Virus record (IMG/VR): IMGVR_UViG_3300032324_000012
Coordinates: 1 to 61,650 of that record
Length of the DNA stretch: 61,650 bases
Source: a virus
Taxonomy: Duplodnaviria > Caudoviricetes
Reading direction: 5' to 3' (one strand)
Below the pieces are notes generated by a model. That model did no database searches. It was not told the DNA's origin and saw only the letters and a program-made list of their open reading frames with translations. The position numbers were made by a program, and so were the translations under genes. This document shows positions 26,489 through 35,848 of the stretch, one piece after another. Each line of letters begins with the position of its first letter. Within the stretch, counting starts at the first letter, position 1.

Positions 26489-27583
26489 ATGGCAAATTCA
26501 GCAATCTCTATGTATGCACTCTCACTTGACCAATGTGAGAACGCCATCCGCTTAGGCGGTAACAAGCGCACTGTACTTGTACAGGGTCACATGGGTACAG
26601 GCAAATCATCCCTGCTCAAGTCATTGGGCAAGGCCATGCCGAAACACGTGATGTGTTACTTTGACTGCACGACCAAGGACTTGGGCGACATCACTATCCC
26701 TCAGTTGCAGACTATCGACGAGCAAGGCTACGTACGTTACGTGACCAACGAAGAGTTGGGTCTGCACTTGGGCAAAGACATCATCTTGATGGTGGACGAG
26801 TACGGCAAGGCTAACCCTGCGGTGAAGAACGCGATGTTGCGCTTGTTGCTCGAACGCAAGATGGGTGGTTACGAGTTATCACCTGACTCGATTGTGTTTG
26901 CCACAACTAACCTTGGGGCAGAGGGTGTGGGTGACATGTTGCCCCCTCATGCACGTAACCGCATCTCGGTGGTGACATCGCGTAAGTCTACGAACATGGA
27001 ATGGATTGAATGGGGTATCAACAACAACATCGATCACACATTGCTTGGTTGGTGCAAAGACAACCCACAGTTGTTCGCATCGTTCGAGGACGTGAAAGAC
27101 CCTGAGAACAATCAGTACATCTTTCACCCCAAGGCACCACGCACTGCGTTCGTAACACCACGTTCACTCGAAGCCGCATCTGATTGGCTGAAGATACGTG
27201 ATGGCATGGACTCGGTCACGTTAACAAGTTTACTCATGGGCACGATAGGCGAGAGGGCCGCGATGGACTTGATGGCGTTTGTCAAATTGTCTGATCAGTT
27301 GCCCACGTTGCAATCGATCAAGGACGACCCGATGAACGCGAAGGTGCCCGACAGTTCGGCAGGTGTATGTATGGTGATCTATCGTACGTTGGCATCTATC
27401 GAACGTGATTGGGTTGACTCATGGATGGATTACTTTGGACGTTTGGACAAAGAAGCACAGGGTTACTTTGCCAATGGCGTACGTAGTCCCAAGTACAACA
27501 AGCAGAACATCGTGATGACTAACAAGAAGTTCACGAAGTGGGCGCTTGACAACAACCACATGTTTGGTGGTGACAAAAAATAA
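26489..27583 (+). CDS. MoxR/dynein-related AAA+ ATPase
   Basis: Walker A GHMGTGKS, Walker B ILMVDE, sensor ATTN, TPRS motif. Confidence 0.85.
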   Translation: MANSAISMYALSLDQCENAIRLGGNKRTVLVQGHMGTGKSSLLKSLGKAMPKHVMCYFDCTTKDLGDITIPQLQTIDEQGYVRYVTNEELGLHLGKDIILMVDEYGKANPAVKNAMLRLLLERKMGGYELSPDSIVFATTNLGAEGVGDMLPPHARNRISVVTSRKSTNMEWIEWGINNNIDHTLLGWCKDNPQLFASFEDVKDPENNQYIFHPKAPRTAFVTPRSLEAASDWLKIRDGMDSVTLTSLLMGTIGERAAMDLMAFVKLSDQLPTLQSIKDDPMNAKVPDSSAGVCMVIYRTLASIERDWVDSWMDYFGRLDKEAQGYFANGVRSPKYNKQNIVMTNKKFTKWALDNNHMFGGDKK

Positions 27584-27600
27584 GTTAGGCACCGCCTAAC
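27584..27600. repeat. 17-bp palindrome copy 7
   Basis: GTTAGGC-ACC-GCCTAAC immediately after the TAA stop. Confidence 0.9.
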
Positions 27601-27617
27601 AACTAATGGAGAACGAC

Positions 27618-28880
27618 ATGCTAATGATTAACAAACAACTTACAGCCGAGCAACGCTTGGAACGTGCGATCGTAGAGATCATGCACAACGACAGATACTT
27701 TGCACTTGCAGGTGTCTTGATGATTGGTAAGCGCGAGGTGGTGGATGACTTACCAACTGCCGCAACCAATGGACGTGACGAGTTCTATGGACGCAAGTTT
27801 GTGGAATCCCTCAACGATGCCGAGTTGCGCTTTCTTGTATTGCACGAGTGTTATCACAAGTTATACAGGCACTTGCATACATGGCGTCATCTGTACGACG
27901 AGTACCCACGTCTGGCAAACATGGCGTGTGACTATGTGATCAATATCAAGTTACTCGATGACAACAGCGATGGCTTTGCACGTATGCCCATGCGTGATGG
28001 TAAGCAGGTGGGATTGTGCGACCCCAAGTATCGGGGCATGGACAGCGCACAGGTGTACAACTTACTCAAGGAAGAAGCCGAATCCGGTGACGGGGAAGGT
28101 GACGACACGGGCGAGGGCGATGGTCAAGGTGATGGGCGCGGCAACGGAAGCTCGGGAACTGGCATCTCAGATGACCCCCATGGTGGCTTGGACTCGCACG
28201 ATTGGGAAGGCGCGAAGGGATTGTCCGACGAAGATCAAAAGGGGTTGGAACGTGACATCGATGAAGCGATACGTCAAGGTGCCTTGGCCGCAGGCAAGAT
28301 GGGCTCGGGCGGCAACCGCGACTTGGAAGCATTGATGACACCGAAGGTGGATTGGCGCGAAGCATTACGCGAGTTCATAAACACTACGTGTGCAGGGAAT
28401 GATTACTCAACGTGGAGGCGGCCCAACCGCAGGTTTGTGTCATCAGGCTATTACATGCCATCAGGTGTAAGCGAACGTGTGGGCGAACTAATCATCGCTA
28501 TCGATACATCAGGCTCGATCGGTGGGGCTGAGTTGGCTAAGTTCTTGAGCGAGGTCAAGGGTATCTGCGACACAGTACACCCCGATGCTATCCGCTTACT
28601 GTATTGGGACACAGAGGTGTGCGCGGACGAGCGGTATGTGGGTGCGGAGATTGACAACTTAACGAGTTCTACCAAACCCGAGGGCGGAGGTGGCACCACA
28701 GTTGAATGTGTACCCGCATACATCACAGAGCACAGCATCAAAGCGCAAGCCGTTGTTGTGTTGACCGATGGATATCTCGGTGGCTCATGGGGTCAATGGT
28801 CTATGCCCGTGTTGTGGGCAATCGTAGGTGGTAACAAAGAAGTAGCCGATGTTGGCAAAACAATTCATGTTAACGATTGA
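27618..28880 (+). CDS. Metallopeptidase (HExxH) plus VWA domain protein (DUF2201-like)
   Basis: PTAATNG, LHECYH, NMACDYVIN, acidic G/D linker, MIDAS DTSGS, GGGT, VLTDG; start 27618 follows the GGAGA RBS. Confidence 0.85.
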   Translation: MLMINKQLTAEQRLERAIVEIMHNDRYFALAGVLMIGKREVVDDLPTAATNGRDEFYGRKFVESLNDAELRFLVLHECYHKLYRHLHTWRHLYDEYPRLANMACDYVINIKLLDDNSDGFARMPMRDGKQVGLCDPKYRGMDSAQVYNLLKEEAESGDGEGDDTGEGDGQGDGRGNGSSGTGISDDPHGGLDSHDWEGAKGLSDEDQKGLERDIDEAIRQGALAAGKMGSGGNRDLEALMTPKVDWREALREFINTTCAGNDYSTWRRPNRRFVSSGYYMPSGVSERVGELIIAIDTSGSIGGAELAKFLSEVKGICDTVHPDAIRLLYWDTEVCADERYVGAEIDNLTSSTKPEGGGGTTVECVPAYITEHSIKAQAVVVLTDGYLGGSWGQWSMPVLWAIVGGNKEVADVGKTIHVND

Positions 28881-28892
28881 AGGGAGAACGAA

Positions 28893-29861
28893 ATGAGATT
28901 CAATACATTCGATTCAGTAGTCAAGTGGTACGAAGCAACCAAGCCTGTGGTCAGCGTGAGGTTCACGAAGGAAGATGACATTCGCCCAATCAGCGAGCGT
29001 CGCTACACCTACAGACGTATTAAGAAGTACGACGAGAACTGCTATGCGTTGCTCGATGGTGATTACTCTGAGCGCAACACAAGCGCGGAGTATGAGAAGG
29101 CCATGGCACCAATCGTGTGGACACGTGACCCCGAGAGTGGTGATACGTTTGTACGTATCCGTAATGGTGTTGCACCATACCCGCACCATGGACGCTATCG
29201 GTTCTTGCAATGGAACTTACCGCAGACCATGCACTTTGCTATTGATCAGAGCGGTGTGCAGAAGGTCAAGGTATGTACGAGCAACGCACTACGTGAGTAC
29301 CAAGCGTTCAAATCCTGGGATGAGTTTGTGTTACCCAAGACTAAGTTCTCATGGAATCACAACAACAAGCGACCGAATGGCGCGGACGATGGATTGTTCT
29401 TGACGTTCAAGTGCAACGAGGATGGCACGTTCACAAGGTGGGGTGAGAAGATCGCTGTGCGCACACGCAACATCGACATGGACTTGAAACGCGAGTGGAA
29501 GCCGCGACTGCACGAGTTCTATATGTTCATGGCATCTATCGTACCAATGCTTGAGTTCACGTGGTCAACACACAACGAGTACATCAATCAGATTGACGAG
29601 TGGAAAGAAGCCAATGGTGGTGGGCATGCGTTTGGTACTGCATGGGGCAGGACATCTCTGTATGGCATACCAAAAGAAGTTGCACGTGATGTTGTGAAAG
29701 ACACCGAGCATCCGCTACGTGTGGCAGTTGCCGCATTGATAGCGCGAGAGACCGATGGGCATCGACAGATCAAGTCAGAGGAACAGTTGCGTGCGGTACG
29801 TAAGAAGTACAACTACGCTATGAATAAATTTTTACACATGCAAGAAACGAAGGAGATTTAA
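28893..29861 (+). CDS. Hypothetical early protein
   Basis: 322-aa ORF with GGAGAACGAA leader. Confidence 0.8.
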   Translation: MRFNTFDSVVKWYEATKPVVSVRFTKEDDIRPISERRYTYRRIKKYDENCYALLDGDYSERNTSAEYEKAMAPIVWTRDPESGDTFVRIRNGVAPYPHHGRYRFLQWNLPQTMHFAIDQSGVQKVKVCTSNALREYQAFKSWDEFVLPKTKFSWNHNNKRPNGADDGLFLTFKCNEDGTFTRWGEKIAVRTRNIDMDLKREWKPRLHEFYMFMASIVPMLEFTWSTHNEYINQIDEWKEANGGGHAFGTAWGRTSLYGIPKEVARDVVKDTEHPLRVAVAALIARETDGHRQIKSEEQLRAVRKKYNYAMNKFLHMQETKEI

Positions 29862-29862
29862 T

Positions 29863-30846
29863 ATGTCATACATTCACACTACAGTAGCACGTATCAATAA
29901 AGATACTGCCGATTACATCGAGCGGTTCAATAATCGTGTCTTAACGACAGACGATGCAACCAAAGATGCTATGCAGATATACATCAATAACACGCGGGTG
30001 TTTGACGGACTGCACGTTGGTAAGAAGTTAGGCACGTTCTGCGACGCTATCCTCAAGGCCAACCGCCATGTGAAGTTCGGTGTTGCCAAGACTATCAAGG
30101 GTGAGTTCATTCACGGCACGAATCGTCAGGCACTAGCAGAGGTGTGGGTGTACATGCCTGAGCATGAGTACGCCATGATGCGTGTGGGATATGCCGACTA
30201 CGCTGTGAAGGGTAGTTCAGAATCTAAGTTCGGTGTGTACTCACGGCTACTACAGAACAACAAGTTTGACTCGCAACGCGATCAGTACTACATGGTAACG
30301 TCTGACGACTTAGACCGCATCATGAAAACTGTGAAGAAAGTCATGCGACCATACGCACCGCATGAAGCGGCTAACGTGGTGTTCGAGGTATACCAAAGCA
30401 AGGTACACAACAATGTGTGGACAGCCACGTCTGAGGCACGTGATGCGAAGGACGCCGCGATAGGGCTTAACGACTTACGCAATGAGTTGTTTGCACTGTA
30501 CGACTTGGGCTATGAGTTTGCATCCGAGACCTTGAAGGACAAGGTGGGCAAGTGGAAGAGGGCGGTAACTGCATTGCACGAAGCCGAAGCCAAGAAACGC
30601 AACGCATACTTTGTAAGTGTGGTACTGCGCGGTGAAGAGTTACTGTGCAACGTGATGACTGTGGATGATGTCAGGAAGGTACACAATATCAAGGACACAA
30701 ACGCCACACAAACATTCAAGATGGAGGACTTGCCCGAGGACATCGCGGAGAAGGTCGCGACCTTGGGTATGGTAGACAAGGGGCACTACGTCGAGGACGT
30801 AGGTATGAAGGTATCTGATACTACGTTTTGGGTTGATCGTACATGA
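29863..30846 (+). CDS. Hypothetical early protein
   Basis: 327 aa with aaggag RBS; C-terminus LPEDIAEKVATL...VEDVGMKV...FWV resembles that of the next gene. Confidence 0.8.
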   Translation: MSYIHTTVARINKDTADYIERFNNRVLTTDDATKDAMQIYINNTRVFDGLHVGKKLGTFCDAILKANRHVKFGVAKTIKGEFIHGTNRQALAEVWVYMPEHEYAMMRVGYADYAVKGSSESKFGVYSRLLQNNKFDSQRDQYYMVTSDDLDRIMKTVKKVMRPYAPHEAANVVFEVYQSKVHNNVWTATSEARDAKDAAIGLNDLRNELFALYDLGYEFASETLKDKVGKWKRAVTALHEAEAKKRNAYFVSVVLRGEELLCNVMTVDDVRKVHNIKDTNATQTFKMEDLPEDIAEKVATLGMVDKGHYVEDVGMKVSDTTFWVDRT

Positions 30847-31250
30847 AAGAGTTCCAAGAAGGTGTAACTATCAATCAGGCGATACGCTATCTGATAACAG
30901 AACACGTATCGCGGGACGATCGACTGCGCTTACTCAACAGGGTATGGCAGGTGGACATACGCAGTATGTCATTCAAGATGTTGGAGAACATACCCGTGGT
31001 TACTGACGACAGTATCTACCGAGTAAGTGTTTGTCCTGATGGCGTTGATGTTGTTTGTTTCGGAATGGGTGTTGACACCATCCATGATGGGCATTATATT
31101 AACGCTGACGTCCTACCCAAATGGGTACAGGAACGCCTTGCTGTATTGATGATGATGACTAGCACCCCTCCAACAGAAGAAGTGGAAGGTGTCGGTCGCA
31201 GAATATCTCGTGACGTGTATTGGGTATACAAGCCCGATGGCGTTGTGTGA
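30843..31250 (+). CDS. Hypothetical early protein
   Basis: 135 aa, ATGA overlap; LPKWVQERLAVL...VEGVGRRI...YWV. Confidence 0.75.
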   Translation: MKEFQEGVTINQAIRYLITEHVSRDDRLRLLNRVWQVDIRSMSFKMLENIPVVTDDSIYRVSVCPDGVDVVCFGMGVDTIHDGHYINADVLPKWVQERLAVLMMMTSTPPTEEVEGVGRRISRDVYWVYKPDGVV

Positions 31251-31256
31251 TGTGTT

Positions 31257-31273
31257 GTTAGGGACTCCCTAAC
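31257..31273. repeat. 17-bp palindrome copy 8 (symmetric variant)
   Basis: GTTAGGG-ACT-CCCTAAC; the inner pair is swapped in both arms. Confidence 0.85.
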
Positions 31274-31303
31274 ATTTTTTAACTAAGAACGAAGGAAACT
31301 AAA

Positions 31304-31615
31304 ATGCGTAAGAAGAAGTCTGCTACCCAACGGGTACGCGAAATGATCGAGCAAGGCCACAACAACAAATACATTGTGGCTCAACTCAAATGCAAACCAC
31401 AGGTGGTGTACAACGTACGCTATCAAATCAACAAGTCCAAGGGGCTTGGTGCCTTGGGCAAACAGGGAACTGGCATCTCTGCGCCCCCCGTATGGAGCCC
31501 CCCTCCGATTGCACCTATGCCTAAACTTGGTGAGTATCAGATCACCATGGTTGAGCCCACGCCTCCAACATTGTGGCAACGTGTCAAGGGGTGGTTCGGT
31601 GGCACAAACGCCTGA
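31304..31615 (+). CDS. Small basic protein with possible HTH
   Basis: MIEQGHNNKYIVAQLKCKPQVVYNVR is HTH-like. Confidence 0.6.
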   Translation: MRKKKSATQRVREMIEQGHNNKYIVAQLKCKPQVVYNVRYQINKSKGLGALGKQGTGISAPPVWSPPPIAPMPKLGEYQITMVEPTPPTLWQRVKGWFGGTNA

Positions 31616-31892
31616 AGCAAAGGTCAAGGCTAAAGTAGTAGCCCAACTCAAAGCGTTGGGTGCCTATTATTTCTACCCCGTCACAGGGGGATATGGTGGT
31701 AGCGGGGTGCCCGACATTGTTGGGTGTCTCCGTGGTACGTTCTTTGCCATTGAGTGCAAGGCAGGGAACAACAAGCCGACCCCATTACAACAAAAGAACA
31801 TTGACGCTATCACTAAGCAAGGTGGCTTGGTGTGGGTTGTCAACGAGGAAAACCTAAACGAAGTAACGAAAGTACTAGAGGCAATACCATGA
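31599..31892 (+). CDS. VRR-NUC / Holliday-junction-resolvase-like nuclease
   Basis: GTG start; PEAKVK...GVPDI...FFAIECKA...PTPLQ...GG. Confidence 0.85.
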   Translation: MAQTPEAKVKAKVVAQLKALGAYYFYPVTGGYGGSGVPDIVGCLRGTFFAIECKAGNNKPTPLQQKNIDAITKQGGLVWVVNEENLNEVTKVLEAIP

Positions 31893-32074
31893 ATGAATAT
31901 CGACAAACCCCATACGACACAGGCAAGGTCAAGATCGGTGTGCATTACGAACGCAAGCAACCACTACAAGATGAGGGCGTGTTTGCTGAGATGTTACAGA
32001 CCGCGTTGATAGAGCCCCCCAAGCCGCTTTTCGAGCGCATCATGCACCGCATCAAAGTCAGACACCTGACCTGA
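31889..32074 (+). CDS. Hypothetical protein
   Basis: ATGA-coupled start MNEYRQTPYDTGKVKIG. Confidence 0.6.
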   Translation: MNEYRQTPYDTGKVKIGVHYERKQPLQDEGVFAEMLQTALIEPPKPLFERIMHRIKVRHLT

Positions 32075-32077
32075 CGT

Positions 32078-32323
32078 ATGAGAATGACTGTAACCAAAAG
32101 AACGCGAGCCACTTTGCGGGAAGCGGCTGATGGCCTGACCTTAGAAGAACTTGCTGAGGTGTCAGGCTGTACACGAACCAATATCAGAAAGGTTTTAAAG
32201 AACATGCCTGACGTATACATCGACCGATGGGAGCCCGCACCACGTAAGCAGTACAAGGCTGTGTGGTGCATTGTTATCCCGCCAACCGATTGTCCTAGAC
32301 CTGATGGGGAGAAGAACACATGA
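32078..32323 (+). CDS. Winged-HTH DNA-binding protein
   Basis: GLTLEELAEVSGCTRTNIRKVL. Confidence 0.65.
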   Translation: MRMTVTKRTRATLREAADGLTLEELAEVSGCTRTNIRKVLKNMPDVYIDRWEPAPRKQYKAVWCIVIPPTDCPRPDGEKNT

Positions 32324-32601
32324 CTGACTGGACACCGGAAGAAGATGAAGCCTTTAACGCGGTGGAGAAACACAGCAACCTTGGCAAGCAGATACTGCGG
32401 AACATCGAGGGACAGCCTTATGTGTACACACCCAAACATGCCATTGAGATGTTTGAGGCTGAATGGCGGGATAGGTTGAAAACTGCAATTTTTACGGAGC
32501 GTAACGCCACACTAGAAGAAGTTGCCAAAGAGTTCGACAAGATGCCCTTTGGCGACACCGCCGCGTCCTTTGCGGTATTTGTAAGGAACATGAAGACATG
32601 A
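32320..32601 (+). CDS. Hypothetical protein
   Basis: 93 aa, ATGA overlaps on both sides. Confidence 0.7.
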   Translation: MTDWTPEEDEAFNAVEKHSNLGKQILRNIEGQPYVYTPKHAIEMFEAEWRDRLKTAIFTERNATLEEVAKEFDKMPFGDTAASFAVFVRNMKT

Positions 32602-32792
32602 GTGGTTTTGTTAAACGTCAACTTGATATTGGTGGTAGCCGACAGCCCGTACATCAATACAAGTTATGTAACAAGTGTGAAGAGATGAGGCCCCCGGAAG
32701 GTGGCATACAGATGAGCCCCAATAGATGGCACTGCGCCCTTTGTTGGACTAAACGAGTAACGATCGATAAATTAAATGGAGAACGAAGATGA
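32598..32792 (+). CDS. Small Zn-finger protein
   Basis: CNKC...CALC. Confidence 0.65.
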   Translation: MSGFVKRQLDIGGSRQPVHQYKLCNKCEEMRPPEGGIQMSPNRWHCALCWTKRVTIDKLNGERR

Positions 32793-33367
32793 TAAGCAAC
32801 GACGAACTGAACGAAGCCACTGCAATACTGCGCGGTGCGTGGAAACAAACAACCGAACACAAGGGTGGGTACTGTGCCGTATGTGATAAGTGGGGGAAGA
32901 TCAACACCCTGCCATTGACAGGCAGTATGGTCAAGGCGTTGATATGGCTACACCACGAGCATATCGTATCGGGTGATAAGTGGATTAACGTACCTGCACG
33001 TGCCCCGCGCTACGTCATGCGTTCTTACTCTATATCTACTCTTAAGCATTGGAATCTGGTGGCACAAAGATACGTACCGCCCCCGACCAAGGAAGAGATT
33101 AAGGAGGGTGCACCGCGCAAGACTAAGACATCAGGCATGTGGCAGATCACACCGCATGGCATTGACTTTCTGAATGAGGCGGTCAAGGTTCCTAAGAAGT
33201 TGTTTGTCTACAACGATACCCGAGTAGGCGCAAGCGACGAACTAATCACGGCACGTGAATGCTTTGAGAAAGAGTTCAACTACGACGAGATGATGTCAAG
33301 CACGTACGCTTACAAAGGTGACCCACAAATAGACGATGGAGAAGAAGATGAATCTAATCACGATTGA
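32789..33367 (+). CDS. Hypothetical protein (possible winged-helix)
   Basis: 192 aa; CAVC, LKHWNLV, SGMWQITPHG; GGAGAACGAAG leader. Confidence 0.7.
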   Translation: MISNDELNEATAILRGAWKQTTEHKGGYCAVCDKWGKINTLPLTGSMVKALIWLHHEHIVSGDKWINVPARAPRYVMRSYSISTLKHWNLVAQRYVPPPTKEEIKEGAPRKTKTSGMWQITPHGIDFLNEAVKVPKKLFVYNDTRVGASDELITARECFEKEFNYDEMMSSTYAYKGDPQIDDGEEDESNHD

Positions 33368-35174
33368 CTTTGAAACTTATTACGACAGGGAGTTCTCACT
33401 CTCGAAGATTACAACTGAGGAATATGTACGCAGTGACATGTTCGAAGTCATTGGTGTTGGCGTAAAAGTCAACAACGAAGAAACTGTGTGGGCAAGTGGT
33501 ACGCATGAACAAATCAGGGATTGGTTGCAGAAGTCATTCAATTGGGCAGACTCAATGGTCTTGGCTCACAACACACTGTTCGATGGTGCTATTCTTAATT
33601 GGCGCTTTGGTATTTATCCTCGTGTTTGGCTTGATACTTTGTGTATGGGGCGTGCTCTACATGGCGTGGAGGTGGGCGGTTCACTCAAGGCGTTGGCAGA
33701 GAGGTACAAGTTGGGCGAGAAGGGCACTGAAGTTGTAAACGCCCTTGGGAAACACCGCGCCGATTTCACCGAAGAGGAACTGTCTCGCTATGGTGATTAC
33801 TGCATCAACGATGTGGAGTTAACGTACGCGCTGTTTAACAAGATGGCACGTAAGTTTCCCAAGCAAGAGTTGAAGATCATTGACCTGACCCTGCGCATGT
33901 TCATCGAGCCACGGCTTGAGTTAGACCTTGAGATGCTTGAGCAACATTTGGTTGAGACGAAGGCACGTAAAGAAGCGTTGCTTGAGAGTAGCGGTGTGGA
34001 CAAGGCTGAACTTATGTCCAATGACAAGTTCGGTGAACTGCTCAAATCGTTTGGTGTTGAGCCGCCCATGAAGATTAGCGCAAAGACAGGCAAGCAAGCG
34101 TGGGCATTTGCTAAGACAGACGAAGAGTTCAAGGCGTTAGCCGATCACCCTGACGACAGGGTGCAAGCGTTGGTTGCCGCACGTCTTGGCACTAAGAGTA
34201 CGCTAGAAGAAACACGCACACAGCGGTTCATTGACATTGCCAAGCGCGGTAGTCTGCCGGTTCCAATCAGATACTATGCCGCACACACTGGCAGGTTCGG
34301 TGGTGATGACAAGATTAACATGCAGAACTTACCGAGTCGTGGTGCGAATGGTAACAAGTTAAAGAAGTCGATCATTGCACCCGAGGGTTACACAATCATT
34401 GATGCTGACTCCGCACAGATTGAGGCACGTGTATTGGCTTGGCTTGCGGGGCAAGATGATTTGGTCATGGCGTTCGCTGAAGGTAAAGACGTTTACAAGA
34501 AGATGGCATCCGCTATCTATGGTAAACCCGAGTTCGAGATTACAAAGGATGAGCGGTTTGTAGGTAAGACTACGATTCTTGGCGCAGGGTACGGCATGGG
34601 CGCACCGAAGTTTCAGTTGCAGTTGAAGGGCATGGGCGTAGAGATTGAGTTGGAAGAGTCCCGACGCATCATTGATATTTACCGCAGGACAAACGATGCC
34701 GTGGTACGCCTATGGCGTCAGGCTCAGAACGGGCTTGTGAACTTGTCAAGAGGTGATTCATCTCCGCTTGGCCGGGCTGGTGTGCTTGAGTTGGTTCCTG
34801 CTGAGAGTGCAATCCGCTTGCCGAGTGGTCTGCTGATGCGGTATGACGACCTGCGGTTCACCGAGACAGACAAGGGGGTGGAGTTCCACTACCAAACCCG
34901 TAAAGGTCGCACCCGTATTTATGGTGGAAAAGTTATTGAGAACGTGTGCCAAGCCATCGCTAGGTGTATCATAGCGGAGCAGATGTTACGTATTGGTAAG
35001 CGATACAAAGTTGTGCTGACTGTGCATGACGCTATCGCCATTGTTGTGCGTAACGTTGAAGTTGAGGAAGCCAAGTTGTATGTAGAAGATTGCATGCGGT
35101 GGGTTCCCGAGTGGGCTACGGGCCTCCCCGTTAATTGTGAGTCAGGCTATGGCAAGTCATACGGAGATTGTTAA
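33348..35174 (+). CDS. polA: DNA polymerase family A with 3'-5' exonuclease
   Basis: ExoI IDFET, ExoII HN..FD, ExoIII YC..D, TGR, NMQN, motif A DSAQIEARV, motif B RFVGKTTILGAGYG, motif C VHD. Confidence 0.95.
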   Translation: MNLITIDFETYYDREFSLSKITTEEYVRSDMFEVIGVGVKVNNEETVWASGTHEQIRDWLQKSFNWADSMVLAHNTLFDGAILNWRFGIYPRVWLDTLCMGRALHGVEVGGSLKALAERYKLGEKGTEVVNALGKHRADFTEEELSRYGDYCINDVELTYALFNKMARKFPKQELKIIDLTLRMFIEPRLELDLEMLEQHLVETKARKEALLESSGVDKAELMSNDKFGELLKSFGVEPPMKISAKTGKQAWAFAKTDEEFKALADHPDDRVQALVAARLGTKSTLEETRTQRFIDIAKRGSLPVPIRYYAAHTGRFGGDDKINMQNLPSRGANGNKLKKSIIAPEGYTIIDADSAQIEARVLAWLAGQDDLVMAFAEGKDVYKKMASAIYGKPEFEITKDERFVGKTTILGAGYGMGAPKFQLQLKGMGVEIELEESRRIIDIYRRTNDAVVRLWRQAQNGLVNLSRGDSSPLGRAGVLELVPAESAIRLPSGLLMRYDDLRFTETDKGVEFHYQTRKGRTRIYGGKVIENVCQAIARCIIAEQMLRIGKRYKVVLTVHDAIAIVVRNVEVEEAKLYVEDCMRWVPEWATGLPVNCESGYGKSYGDC

Positions 35175-35848
35175 TGGATAAGTTACCGGCGTGGTCGTTT
35201 TCGTCGATCAAGACATTTGAGCAGTGCCCCAAGAAGTACTATCACTTAAAGGTGGTCAAAGACTTCAAGGAGCAGGAGACGGAGGCGATGCACTACGGGA
35301 CACGTTTCCATGAGGCGGCTGAGTTTTACATCAAAGATGGCACCCCCCTACCCGAGCCGTTTAAGTTCGCGAAGGGGGCGCTGGACAACCTTAACCAACT
35401 ACATGGTGAGAAGTTATGTGAGTTCGAGATGGGACTCACCGAAAACCTTGAGCCGTGCGATTTCAAAGACCCGAACGTGTGGTGGCGAGGTATCGCTGAC
35501 CTGATCATCCTTGACCGAGAGAAGGGCGAGGCGCGGGTGCTAGATTACAAAACAGGCAAGTCTGACAAGTACGCTGACAAGGGGCAACTTGAACTCATGG
35601 CCTTGGCTATATTCAAGTTCTTTCCCGAGATCAAACGCGTCCGAGGGGGCTTGCTATTCGTCATTGCGCGGTCATTCCCCAAGGCAAATTATTCCAAAGA
35701 AGATGAGCCCGTCTTGTGGCAGAAGTGGCTTAGGGATTATGATCGCATGAAGTTTGCGTACACCAGTAATGTGTGGAACCCACGCCCGTCAGGGCTGTGT
35801 AAGAAGCATTGTGTGGTGTTGAGTTGTCCACATAACGGGAGGGCATGA
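35174..35848 (+). CDS. PD-(D/E)XK (Cas4/RecB-like) exonuclease
   Basis: SFSS..FEQCP, GTRFH, GIADL, LDYKTGK, QLELMA, C..C...C..C tail. Confidence 0.85.
   Translation: MDKLPAWSFSSIKTFEQCPKKYYHLKVVKDFKEQETEAMHYGTRFHEAAEFYIKDGTPLPEPFKFAKGALDNLNQLHGEKLCEFEMGLTENLEPCDFKDPNVWWRGIADLIILDREKGEARVLDYKTGKSDKYADKGQLELMALAIFKFFPEIKRVRGGLLFVIARSFPKANYSKEDEPVLWQKWLRDYDRMKFAYTSNVWNPRPSGLCKKHCVVLSCPHNGRA

Noticed and set aside
23201-27600. Palindrome copies as a CRISPR array
   Set aside because: Only 17 bp long, irregularly spaced by hundreds to over 1000 bp, with whole genes between copies; no cas operon (the Cas4-like nuclease is a usual phage replication exonuclease).
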